This document shows positions 51,492 to 62,454 of a stretch of 64,000 nucleotides of DNA, in pieces (within the stretch, counting starts at the first letter, position 1; each line of letters starts with the position of its first letter). The position numbers were made by a program, and so were the translations under genes. The DNA lies in assembly GCA_963726455.1 (NCBI GenBank), contig CAVSCK010000003.1:288001-352000 (forward strand), read 5' to 3'. This DNA comes from an uncultured bacterium (GTDB taxonomy: Bacteria; Zixibacteria; MSB-5A5; CAIYYT01). The notes under the pieces are model-generated. The model saw only the letters and a program-made list of their open reading frames with translations, was not told the DNA's origin and did not search any database.

Positions 51492-52637
51492 GCCACGGTA
51501 CCCCACTCAGCGGGTGGGAACTTCCGGCGACTACTGCTCCCCTCAACTTTTTCATCTCACTCTGACCTGAGCAACTACCAACAAGACCACTACAAGCCCC
51601 CAAAATATTTTTCCCCGTTCCGGCACTTCCTGCGCCGCGCCTAACCTCTTGTCTGCGAGTGTCACATCTCATTGCGGCGGGTGAACTGCCGGAATTTCTC
51701 AAAAATATTTTCACTTTTTTTCTCCCTCCTATCACCCTCATTTCGTCTCCTGTGACTCCATCCACGTTTCTACTATCCTCTCCCCCAACCACTTACCCTC
51801 CTTTCGAGGATAAATCTCAAGACCCCATATAAGTAGAACGCAGGTTGCGGCACCGAAGGTCACCCCGGAGGGCTTTGTGGGTCTGGTGATTAGCGGCTGA
51901 GCAAAATGGGAGTTTTGTGAATCAACCTTCTACCGATCAGGAATCCCCGACGACAACACGGTTACGACTAAGCTATCCATGCCGAACTCTAACCGTGTCG
52001 TCCCGGGCATACTCGTCCTTCGCCGTGGTGAGTGAGTCTGTCGCTGTAAACCTTGTGGTTCGCGCTGTCGGATACCCGCCGTCCCCCCGACACGCTTTGA
52101 TGTACCGCGCCGTCAGGAATCCTTTCCTGACGGAACAGGTACTCCACAGCTTGCTGTGGGTGTACTCGCCACATCATCGCACCGGTGCCCCATCCGCTTG
52201 CGGTGGGTTTCGTATGTCTTCCTTACCGATTGTCTTCGGTTTGGCTCACGCCTGTCAAGACGGTCTCTATCGACGAACAGTTCACACCGTCGGAGGGAAC
52301 CCAGTAATAGAGCGTATCGCGACAACCGTGAATCCGATCAACTTCGCTACCAGGGCGAACAACGGCGAAGTTGGTGGCTCAATGGAGGAGCGTCCCCTTA
52401 TCCCCGCAACACGTTCGGCGTTTCCGGGTCTCGGCAGTGATCAAGTCCCCGATCCAGCTGGAGCATCGACTTCTCGTGGCGGTGCAGGCGCCATATCGGC
52501 CTGCTATGACGGCACAATGCCGCAGCACGAGATATAAGATACCCAGGCCGGACTAACGGAGTTAATCCGTCACCGGAACACGCGTTTAAAGGTTCGCTTG
52601 GTCTTTGACATCGCGAATTGTAATGATTCGCGCCATA
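51492..52637 (+). repeat. Conserved downstream arm, copy B, with an extra 566-bp segment (51985-52550)
   Basis: Homologous to 794-1376; GCCG occurs at 51981-51984 and 52547-52550. Confidence 0.9.
51917..52537 (+). pseudogene. ORF of uncertain status starting in the conserved arm (GGGAG + GTG), 206 aa; 41-aa version in copy A (823-948, minus)
   Basis: Start MNQPSTDQESP is shared by both copies. It contains an internal REP and no recognisable domain. Confidence 0.3.
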
Positions 52638-52699
52638 TACGTTTGACACGTCTGCCATGACGTGACGCCTGGAGCGCCCGTAGTCTAGCCCCTTGTGGG

Positions 52700-52780
52700 C
52701 GTTTGCGGCGCACGAGGACGTACGCCGCGCACGGAACTGGACACGGCAGGCGAGGACGACTGCCGCGCACAAAGCCGCGC
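52700..52780. repeat. REP pair (gcggcgcacgaggacgtacgccgcgcac; cggcaggcgaggacgactgccgcgcac)
   Basis: Reverse complements of the REPs at 190-260 and in the 56-bp array. Confidence 0.8.
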
Positions 52781-52790
52781 ACAGCGAAGG

Positions 52791-54122
52791 TCAGGCGTCG
52801 ATCTTCTTTTTGAAGGTCGGGATGAGGTCGGCGATTTTGACGCGGGATTGTTCCATCGTGTCGCGGTCGCGGATCGTGACGGTCTCATCCTCTTTGGTCT
52901 GGCCGTCGATGGTTATGCAATAAGGCGTGCCGATTTCATCCATGCGGCGGTAACGTCGACCGACCGCACCGGAATCATCATAGAATGCCTTGAAGTGTTC
53001 TTTGAGCTCGTGGAAGACCTTCATCGCGATTTCGGGCATGCCATCCTTGTTAACCAGCGGGAAGACGGCGACCTTGACCGGCGCGATTTTGGGTGAGAAT
53101 TTCAGCACCACGCGCGTTTCGCCTTTGACTTCTTCTTCCTGATAGGCGTCGACCAACAGCACCAACAGCGTGCGGTCACAGCCGGCGGAGGTTTCGATGA
53201 TGTAGGGAATGAATTTCGTCTTGGTCGGTTCGTCGAAATAGCTTAAATCCTTGCCGGTGGCCTCGGCGTGACGGCTGAGGTCGAAATCGGTGCGGTTGTG
53301 GATGCCTTCGAGTTCTTTCCAGCCGAACGGGAATTCGTATTCGATGTCGTAGGCCTTTTTGGCGTAATGCGCGAGTTCGTCCTTGCCATGTTCGTGATAA
53401 CGGAGCTTGTCCTTGTTGATGCCGAGTTCGTAGTACCATTTCAGGCGTTCGGCCTTCCAGTATTCGAACCACTGGTCGTCATCGAACGGATTGATAAAGA
53501 ACTGCATTTCCATCTGTTCGAATTCGCGCGTGCGGAAAATAAAATTGCCGGGCGTGATTTCGTTGCGGAAGGCCTTGCCGATCTGGGCAATGCCAAACGG
53601 CACTTTCTGGCGCGACGGGCCCATGACATTGAGGAAGTTGACATAGATGCCCTGTGCTGTCTCGGGACGCATGTAGACGACGGCGGATGAATCCTCGACT
53701 GGGCCCATGAAGGTTTTGAACATCAGGTTGAACTGGCGCGGTTCGGTGAGTTCGCCGCCGCATTCCAACGGTGATTTCGAGGGTTTCATCGGGCAGCGCG
53801 CGGTTTCCAGTTGATCGGCGCGGAAACGGGCTTTGCATTTTTTGCAGTCGACCATGGGATCGGTGAAGTTGGCGACATGGCCGGAGGTTTCCCAGACTTT
53901 GGGGTGCATGAGAATCGCGGCGTCAATGCCTTCGACATCGTCGCGTTTCTGGGTCATGGCCTTCCACCAGAAATCCTTGAGGTTGCGTTTGAGTTCAACG
54001 CCGTAAGGGCCGTAATCCCAGCAACTGCCGAGGCCGCCGTAAATCTCCGACGACTGAAATACAAAGCCGCGCCGTTTGCACAGGGAAACTATCTGCTCCA
54101 TTCTGTCAACTGTCTTCGCCAC
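52791..54122 (-). CDS. glyQS: Glycine--tRNA ligase, homodimeric type
   Basis: KRRGFVFQSSEIYGG, MRPETAQGI, AFRNEITPGNFIFRTREFEQME, GRRYRRMDEIGTP. GTG start after GGAGG. Confidence 0.97.
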   Translation of the reverse strand: MAKTVDRMEQIVSLCKRRGFVFQSSEIYGGLGSCWDYGPYGVELKRNLKDFWWKAMTQKRDDVEGIDAAILMHPKVWETSGHVANFTDPMVDCKKCKARFRADQLETARCPMKPSKSPLECGGELTEPRQFNLMFKTFMGPVEDSSAVVYMRPETAQGIYVNFLNVMGPSRQKVPFGIAQIGKAFRNEITPGNFIFRTREFEQMEMQFFINPFDDDQWFEYWKAERLKWYYELGINKDKLRYHEHGKDELAHYAKKAYDIEYEFPFGWKELEGIHNRTDFDLSRHAEATGKDLSYFDEPTKTKFIPYIIETSAGCDRTLLVLLVDAYQEEEVKGETRVVLKFSPKIAPVKVAVFPLVNKDGMPEIAMKVFHELKEHFKAFYDDSGAVGRRYRRMDEIGTPYCITIDGQTKEDETVTIRDRDTMEQSRVKIADLIPTFKKKIDA

Positions 54123-54903
54123 GGATTCCTCCATCCTGATGCATAAGATCCAACTTGCGCAGGAAATCGAACGATTTGAGATCAGCCCGTTTCCCGATGT
54201 GATACTCGGTGAGCGCGACCAGCATCTGCCGAATCTGTTCGGCCTGCGCCTTGGCCAGCGTGACTTTCCGATTATCACTGATGTCGGTACCCGCCAGTTT
54301 TTCCAGCGCCTTGACCGTGCCACGGTCGAGGGGAATTGTCAGGCGGTCGCCGACACATTTCTTACAAAGCAGCCCACCGCTCGCCGGGTCAAACATCAGC
54401 CGGTCGCCGACGATCTTGTCGCCGCACTCGACACAGGCGCCCAGCTCGGGGGCGTAGCCGGAGAATATACAGAGCAGATACCAGAAATGCAAAAGCTCCC
54501 TGCGGAAACTCTGCTCGGAGGAGTTGTTCATCAGACGCAGGAATTTCTTGAGTGTGAAGTAGAGCTGGCTGTTGACCTCGTCCTCGGGCAGGAAAAGATT
54601 GGCCAATTCGAGCGCCGCCGAACCGTAGCCGAATTTCTGTTCGTCCTGGGCGATGTTGTCGAAGCTTTCCACGACTTCGGCTTTGGAGATGTAATCGGCC
54701 GATTCGCTTTCGCGCTGGTAGAAGACGACATCGGCAACGACAAAGTATTGCAGCGATTCGGCGCTGGCGGAACCGGGGCGCGTGGCGGAACGCGCCACTA
54801 GCGGCAGTTTGCCGTAGTCACGCGTGAGACAGATCAGGAAGAGCGAGCTTTCCTGAACTTTGGTTCGTTTCAGAACCAGCAATTCGGTTTTCTTAAGTGA
54901 CAT
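54106..54903 (-). CDS. recO: DNA repair protein RecO
   Basis: LTRDYGKL..VAR, GYAPELGACVECG, GGLLCKKC, LKSFDFL. Confidence 0.9.
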   Translation of the reverse strand: MSLKKTELLVLKRTKVQESSLFLICLTRDYGKLPLVARSATRPGSASAESLQYFVVADVVFYQRESESADYISKAEVVESFDNIAQDEQKFGYGSAALELANLFLPEDEVNSQLYFTLKKFLRLMNNSSEQSFRRELLHFWYLLCIFSGYAPELGACVECGDKIVGDRLMFDPASGGLLCKKCVGDRLTIPLDRGTVKALEKLAGTDISDNRKVTLAKAQAEQIRQMLVALTEYHIGKRADLKSFDFLRKLDLMHQDGGIRGEDS

Positions 54904-54917
54904 GGCCGTGAAGCCGG

Positions 54918-55220
54918 CTAAAACTCGATGATGGTTTCGCCGGGGCGTTTAAGCTGGAAATTCTTGCGGGCAACCTTTTCGATGTAGAGCGAGTCGTTCA
55001 GAAGGCGATCGCGCTTGAGTTCGAGATCGGCGACCTGTGCTGAGAGCTTGAGCTCTTCGGCTTTGAGCTCGGTGATCTGTTTCTTGAGTTCCATCATGTT
55101 CAGGAAACCGTATTCGCCGACGAACAGTTTGAAGCCGACTGCGAGGAAAATGGCAAGCAGGATGAAGCGCAGGACTTTGACGCGGTAGCCGGGTTTGGTG
55201 TCTTCGGTGTTCTTGCGCAC
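54918..55220 (-). CDS. ftsB: Septum formation initiator FtsB/DivIC
   Basis: TM + coiled coil + YIEKVARKNFQLKRPGE; lies downstream of eno. Confidence 0.88.
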   Translation of the reverse strand: MRKNTEDTKPGYRVKVLRFILLAIFLAVGFKLFVGEYGFLNMMELKKQITELKAEELKLSAQVADLELKRDRLLNDSLYIEKVARKNFQLKRPGETIIEF

Positions 55221-55239
55221 GTGGTTTCCCTTTCACTAG

Positions 55240-55372
55240 CGTCAGGTCACACCATTCGCCTCGCGGGGCGAGGCGAATGGCAGGACCTGACGCAACTATT
55301 AGGAACTTCTCTCGAGTCGTGTCAGGTTACTTTGACCATTCCGTTCGACGGGACAGTCGGCAAGACCTGACG
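55240..55372. repeat. Two gtcaggt...gacctgacg hairpin REPs
   Basis: Two related palindromes between eno and ftsB; a relative is at 48646-48688. Confidence 0.7.
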
Positions 55373-55385
55373 CAACAATTTTACC

Positions 55386-56705
<1,320 letters not shown>

Positions 56706-56875
56706 TTAGACTGCGAATTTATCGAGCATTACGATACCCAGCAACATAAAATTTAAACCGTTACTTTAAGGGGTTGCGGCGGCGAACGATGGGCGCAAGT
56801 TGTTGTTATGCTGTGAGATAGAGGGACGTTCCGGGGTTGCCCGTCTGCGGTTAAGGCGGATATGGTTGGAGAAAA

Positions 56876-57716
56876 CGGGACAAACAGGAATGCTCATCCT
56901 ACTGGGGCGCCGAAAATGCGGCAGGGATGTTCACTGCGGACTTACGCGCTCCCTCACCCCCGGCCCCTCTCCCAAAGGGCGAGGGGAGAAACGAAATCGA
57001 CAAACAGGAATGTTCATCCTACTGAGGCGCCGAAAGTGCGGCAAGGGTGTTTCCTGCCGACTTGCGCGCTCCCTCACCCCCGGCCCCTCTCCCAAAAGGA
57101 GAGGAGAGGAATTGGGATCTTCGTCTTGCTGGAGCGCCGAAAGTGCAGCAAGGATGTTTCCTGCGGACTTACGCGCTCCCTCACCTCCGGCCCCTCTCCC
57201 AAAGGGCGAGGGGAGGAATGAAATCGACAAACGGGAATGTTCATCCTACTGGGGCGCCGAAAGTGCGGCAAGGGTGTTTCCTGCCGACTTGCGCGCTCCC
57301 TCACCCCCGGCCCCTCTCCCAAAGGGCGAGGGGAGGAATGAAATCGACAAACGGGAATGTTCATCCTACTGAGGCGCCGAAAGTGCGGCAAAGATGTTTC
57401 CTGCGGACTTACGCGCTCCCTCACCCCCGGCCCCTCTCCCAAAGGGCGAGGGGAGAAATGAAATCGACAAACAGGAATGTTTATCCTACTGAGGCGCCGA
57501 AAGTGCAACAAGGATGTTTCCTGCGGACTTACGCGCTCCCTCACCCCCGGCCCCTCTCCCAAAGGGCGAGGGGAGGAATGAAATCGACAAACGGGAATGT
57601 TCGTCCTGCTGGGATTGTGGTGGGACGTCGCGGCAGGCGAGGACGACTGCCGCGCACGAACTGAACGGACAATCGCCGCGCACGAGGGGTTTGGCGCGCT
57701 CCCTCACCCCCCGGCC
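56876..57716. repeat. Tandem array of ~120-bp composite REP units (BIME-like), left of blaI
   Basis: Unit = gacaaac(a/g)ggaatgttcatcctact + gcgccgaaagtgc + cctcacccccggcccctctcccaaagggcgagggga. Starts at 56879, 56999, (one shorter variant), 57226, 57346, 57466, 57586. Confidence 0.93.
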
Positions 57717-57729
57717 GTGATCGCGGAGA

Positions 57730-57789
57730 TGCTAAAAATTTAGCAAATAGCCCTTGACAGATTGAGGGCGAGATGCTAAATTATTAGCA
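57730..57789 (+). promoter_or_regulatory. sigma70 promoter (TTGACA 57754-57759, TAAATT 57777-57782) with two TGCTAA-N4-TTAGCA operators (57730-57745, 57774-57789)
   Basis: Two perfect palindromes; one lies upstream of the -35, the other overlaps the -10. 17-bp spacer; upstream of the BlaI-family repressor. Confidence 0.8.
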
Positions 57790-57850
57790 GATAGGGTTAA
57801 TTGAAAATGATAATGGGATTGGCCAGGAACAGGCAGGTCGTGGTAAGGCA

Positions 57851-58240
57851 ATGAAGAAACAGGCGATCGAGCATTTGAGTCGCAGGGAGAGGCAGATTAT
57901 GTATGTGATATACCGTCAGGGGGAGGCCTCGGTCACCGATGTTCGCGACAACCTGCCTGATCCTCCCGGCTATTCTGCGGTGAGGGCGCTGCTGGTACTG
58001 CTGGAGGGCAAAGGGTACGTGAGGCATCGGAAGGTCGGCCGAGCTTATTTGTATAAGCCGGTCGTCAGCCGAGATAAGACACGATACGCGGCGCTAAGAC
58101 AGATGATACATACGTTCTTTGACGGCTCGGTGGAAAATGTCGTAGCCGCGCTATTGGGGTCATCGCCAAAGCTGTCGGAAGATGAACTGGTGAGAATCGA
58201 AAAGCTTATAAAGGAGAAGCGGGGAGGAGATAAGGAATGA
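57851..58240 (+). CDS. BlaI/MecI/CopY family repressor
   Basis: LSRRERQIM, YSAVRALL..LE.KG.V, FFDGS...VAALL. Confidence 0.95.
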   Translation: MKKQAIEHLSRRERQIMYVIYRQGEASVTDVRDNLPDPPGYSAVRALLVLLEGKGYVRHRKVGRAYLYKPVVSRDKTRYAALRQMIHTFFDGSVENVVAALLGSSPKLSEDELVRIEKLIKEKRGGDKE

Positions 58241-59640
58241 GTCTGTTCGAGTCAATGGTGCGGCCGGCAGGATCGGCTGAGATACCGGTGCTACTGATCG
58301 TAAGCTTTCTGAAGGTCGCGATCTTCGTTGGCCTGGCACTTCTGGTCAGGAATTTCATGTCGGACGCCCACCCGGATCGACGGCACTTGTTGATGCGGCT
58401 GGCGCTGGCGATTTCCGTACTCCTGCCAGTGACGTCGTTCGCGTTTTCGATCTTCAACTCGCGACTGATCAGTGCGATTTCGACCACGATATTCCTATCT
58501 GTCCCGGGATTGATCGCAACGAGTTCAGCCGGCGACCGGCTACCTTCGAGCGCAGTCGCTGATTTTCCATGGATGGGATTGGCGGTAGTGATTTGGCTGG
58601 CGGGCGCCAGCGCGGTTCTGCTCCGGCTTGGGTATGGGCTGATATTGAGATCGAAACTCTTGCGCCAATCACAACCTTTTGACACGGACGACGGTCAGCA
58701 GTTGGCACAGCAGCTTACACAGGAACTTGGAATTAAGAGGCGTATTCGGTTGGCGATCTCATCGGCGATCAGCGGTCCCGTCGCCTGGAGTCTTCCAAGG
58801 GCGACAGTAATATTGCCGTCGGAGTCACTCACCTGGAGTCGGGATGAATTGAGAGTAGCGCTGGTACATGAGTTCAGTCACATAAAACGTCGCGACGATG
58901 TTTGGATGCTGATGGGGGTACTGGCCACGGCGATTCATTGGTTCAATCCACTGGTGTGGTTGACAAAGGGGAAACTGATTCTCGATGCGGACAGCGCCTG
59001 CGACAGCATGGTTGTTAATTCGGGCTCTGACGGAAACATGTATGCCCGCTTCATGCTGGCGATGGCACGTCGATGCAGTATGACCAAGATATCGATAGCG
59101 ATCGGATCAGAGATTTTCGGCAGAAAGCAATTGGAGGAAAGAATCATGGCAATTCAAAATGGAAGCGTTCGCTCGCATCAGGTGAGGCGATCACTCGTCG
59201 GATTAGCATGGATACTGTCATTGTCCATCAGTATTCCGGTGGCTGGGGCGCGAATTGCGGGCAATACCGATGCGGCTGATAATGCACAGAAGACCGAAAC
59301 GGCAAAACCCGCGCAATTTCCAGCGCCGGACTCGTTCGTAGACGTGTCGGAACAGCCCGTGATGCTGCACGCGGAGAATCCGGCGTATCCGGACTCGGCC
59401 AAGAAGGCCGGTATAGAGGGTAGTGTGTGGGTACAGGTGCTTGTTGATACAGCGGGCCATGCGGCTGACGTCAGAATCAAGCAGACGTCCAACTTTGAGC
59501 CGTTTGACAAGTCCGCTCTGGCGGCGGCCAAGAAGACTGCCTGGAAGCCGGCAGAGTTTGAGGGGCGCAAAGTAGCGGTGTGGGTTGTTTACCAGATCAA
59601 ATTCACCTTGGGAGATAAGACCGCTAAGCCGGGGAAATAG
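58237..59640 (+). CDS. BlaR1-like M56 metallopeptidase fused to TonB C-terminal domain
   Basis: HEFSHIKRRD, HWFNPLVW, ACD, LEERI; C-terminal P.YP..A..AGIEG.V.V...VD..G....WKPA...G..V. Confidence 0.92.
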   Translation: MSLFESMVRPAGSAEIPVLLIVSFLKVAIFVGLALLVRNFMSDAHPDRRHLLMRLALAISVLLPVTSFAFSIFNSRLISAISTTIFLSVPGLIATSSAGDRLPSSAVADFPWMGLAVVIWLAGASAVLLRLGYGLILRSKLLRQSQPFDTDDGQQLAQQLTQELGIKRRIRLAISSAISGPVAWSLPRATVILPSESLTWSRDELRVALVHEFSHIKRRDDVWMLMGVLATAIHWFNPLVWLTKGKLILDADSACDSMVVNSGSDGNMYARFMLAMARRCSMTKISIAIGSEIFGRKQLEERIMAIQNGSVRSHQVRRSLVGLAWILSLSISIPVAGARIAGNTDAADNAQKTETAKPAQFPAPDSFVDVSEQPVMLHAENPAYPDSAKKAGIEGSVWVQVLVDTAGHAADVRIKQTSNFEPFDKSALAAAKKTAWKPAEFEGRKVAVWVVYQIKFTLGDKTAKPGK

Positions 59641-59665
59641 TCGGTGGGAAGACAAACGGAAAAAC

Positions 59666-60645
59666 TTACGCGCTCCCTCACCTCCTGCCCCTCTCCCACG
59701 GTGAGAGGGGAGAAATTGGGATCTTCGTCTTGCTGGGGCACCGATAGTGCGGCGAGGTTATTTCTTGAGGCCCGCGCGCTCCCTCACCCCCGGCCCCTCT
59801 CCCAAAGGGCGAGGGGAGAAATGAAATCGACAAACGGGAATGTTCGTCCTACTGGGGCGCGGAAAGTGCGGCAAGGGTGTTTCCTGCGGACTTACGCGCT
59901 CCCTCACCCCCGGCCCCTCTCCCAAAGGGCGAGGGGAGAAATTGGGATCTTCGTCTTGCTGGGGCACCGATAGTGCGGCGAGGTTATTTCTTGAGGCCCG
60001 CGCGCTCCCTCACCCCCGGCCCCTCTCCCAAAGGGCGAGGGGAGGAATTGGGATCTTCGTCTTGCTGGGGCACCGATAGTGCGGCGAGGTTATTTCTTGA
60101 GGCCCGCGCGCTCCCTCACCCCCGGCCCCTCTCCCAAAGGGCGAGGGGAGAAATGAAATCGACAAACAGGAATGTTCATCCTACTGGGGTTGTGGTGGGA
60201 CGTCGCGGCAGGCGAGGACGACTGCCGCGCACGAGGGGATTGGCGCGCTCCCTCACCTCCTGCCCCTCTCCCACGGTGAGAGGGGAGTTAGTAGGATAAA
60301 CATTCTTGTTTGTCCCGTTCGAGCGTGAAGTTCAGTTGAGGAGCAATGGACAAACAGGAATGTTCGTCCTACTGGGGTTGTGGTGGGACGTCGCGGCAGG
60401 CGAGGACGACTGCCGTGCACGGGGGATTGATGCGCACCCTCACCCCCCGCCCCTCTCCCAAAGGGCGAGGGGAGAAATGAAATCGACAAACAGGAATGTT
60501 CATGCTGCTGGGGGTGTGGTGGGACGTCGCGGCAGGCGAGGACGACTGCCGTGCACGGGGGATTGATGCGCACTTTCACCCCCGGCCCCTCTCTCAAAGG
60601 GCGAGGGGAGGAATGAAATCGACAAACGGGAATGTTCATCCTACT
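59666..60645. repeat. Second array of composite REP units, right of the M56 gene
   Basis: About eight cctcacccc..ctctccc..gagggga hairpins mixed with gacaaac..cctact and cggcaggcgaggacgactgccg REPs, in the same orientation as the left array. Confidence 0.92.
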
Positions 60646-60804
60646 TAGCTCAGATGACGGGCAGCAGGTGACTTAGGGTCATGCCTGGAAAAGGGGCACC
60701 CCCGGCCCGTGGGGAACCGGGGGTGGAACTGGTCTCATGGCAGTCATGGGATCAGAGTATTCTTGCGGCCTCCATCTTGCACGCGATGCTCGCACGACGC
60801 AGCA

Positions 60805-61210
60805 GTCCGTCAGGAAGGGGTTCCTGACGGCGCAATCGACTAATCGACTGATGCCGAAGAGAAAGTGAAGCAGACGGGAGCTCTACCGCCGTCGAAATGA
60901 CACCGTAAGGAATGTCAACACCGATGCGGTTTAGACCTACGTGTCTGCACACAGCGTCAGCGAGTCCGTCAGGAAAAGGTTCCTGACGGCGCGGTGGAAG
61001 GGATTCCTGAGGGCGCGATGCGCGGACGGGCATTAAGGCTCGTCGAGATTGACACACATGAAAGTGTGTCCTACGGCGGTGACCAAGATTGTTCATTCTA
61101 CTCGACTCACAAAGGTGCTCCTCGTACATGGACAAACAGGAATGTTCGTCCTACTGGATGGACAAGCAGGAATGCTTATCCTACTGGATTCCCGCCTCGC
61201 GGGAATGACA
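60805..61210. repeat. Scattered REPs (gtcagga..tcctgacgg x2-3, gacaa.caggaatg..cctact x2, attcccgc..gcgggaat)
   Basis: Direct inspection. Confidence 0.75.
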
Positions 61211-61260
61211 ACACTTATGACACGCAGGAATGGGCATCCAACCGCGTGTGCAGTTCCGCA

Positions 61261-62433
61261 TTATCGCGGACGATTTCTCAGGAATGCCGGAACATCGAGA
61301 TCGTTAACGTCGACGGTCTCGTTATTCTCGGATACTAATTGTTCCTGTGGAAGTGAGCGGTCGAGACCGGCAATCCGATTTACAAACGGCATTTCGCCGC
61401 GTTTTTCAAACAGGTCAACCGCTTCGGGCTGCTCCATCTTCTCCATCATCTGGCGTTTCGCCGTACCGAAACCGGTGGCGATAACGGTCACGCGAATTTC
61501 GTCCTCCAGAGCGGGATCGATGACCGCGCCGAAAATGATGTTGGCATCAGAGCCGGCGGCATCATAGATCACCGTGGTCGCTTCGTTGACTTCATACAGC
61601 GTCAAGTCAGGCGAGCCGGTGACATTGACCAGCACACCTTTGGCGCCGGAGATGCAGACATCCTCCAGAAGCGGCGAATTGATAGCCATACGTGCGGCGT
61701 TGGCAGCTTTGTTTTCGCCGGTGCCGACTCCGGAACCCATCATGGCATCGCCCATTTCCATCATGACCGTGCGAACATCGGCAAAGTCGCAGTTGATCAG
61801 GCCGGGAATCGTGATGAGATCGGAGATACCGCGCGTGGCGCGAAGCAGCACGTCGTCGGCCATAATGAATGCGTCGGTCAGGCGCGTGGACGGGTCGACG
61901 ATCGACAGGAGCCGCTGGTTCGGGATAACAATCAAAGTGTCGACACGGGTTTTGAGTTCGTCGATTCCAGTGAGGGCGCGATTCATGCGCTTGCGGCCTT
62001 CGAATTCGAATGGTTTGGTGATGATCGCCACTGTCAGAGCGCCAATCTCGCGCGCGATTTCCGCCGCAATCGGAGCGCCGCCGGTGCCGGTACCGCCACC
62101 CATGCCGGCGGTTACGAATACAAGGTCGGCTCCCTGCAATAACGCCGCGACGCGTTCGCGGTCTTCTTCCATGGACTGTTTGCCGATTTCGGGGCGAGCA
62201 CCGGCTCCGAGACCGCGGGTTATGTTGCCGCCGATCTGGAGTTTGACGTCGGCCTTGGAGAAGTCGAGCGCCTGTGAATCGGTGTTGATCGAGATGAACT
62301 CGACGCCAGTCAGGCCCTGCGCGACCATGCGGTTGACGGCATTGCCGCCCGCGCCGCCCACACCGACTACTTTGATTTTGGCATAGTTTGCGTAGTCGGA
62401 TGCGAATTCCAATTTCATCGGGCTGTCACTCAT
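61261..62433 (-). CDS. ftsZ: Cell division protein FtsZ
   Basis: [27 protein letters not shown]-terminal LDVPAFLR. Confidence 0.99.
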   Translation of the reverse strand: MSDSPMKLEFASDYANYAKIKVVGVGGAGGNAVNRMVAQGLTGVEFISINTDSQALDFSKADVKLQIGGNITRGLGAGARPEIGKQSMEEDRERVAALLQGADLVFVTAGMGGGTGTGGAPIAAEIAREIGALTVAIITKPFEFEGRKRMNRALTGIDELKTRVDTLIVIPNQRLLSIVDPSTRLTDAFIMADDVLLRATRGISDLITIPGLINCDFADVRTVMMEMGDAMMGSGVGTGENKAANAARMAINSPLLEDVCISGAKGVLVNVTGSPDLTLYEVNEATTVIYDAAGSDANIIFGAVIDPALEDEIRVTVIATGFGTAKRQMMEKMEQPEAVDLFEKRGEMPFVNRIAGLDRSLPQEQLVSENNETVDVNDLDVPAFLRNRPR

Positions 62434-62454
62434 CGTTTCGCCTTTCTCTATACT

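Larger units (their letters stand above)
48709..52637 (+). mobile_element. Putative non-autonomous cargo cassette, copy B (conserved arms; small HTH cluster, TIGR02391 HEPN, nuclease-like cargo)
   Basis: Both arms are homologous to copy A (794-2998) in inverted orientation. The AT-richer cargo is unrelated to copy A. Confidence 0.7.

Noticed and set aside
56876-60645. CRISPR arrays or repeat proteins (PHPRPLSQRARG / PSPPAPLPKGEG ORFs)
   Set aside because: There are no unique spacers. The long ORFs arise in several frames on both strands because the GC-rich unit is 120 bp, a multiple of 3.
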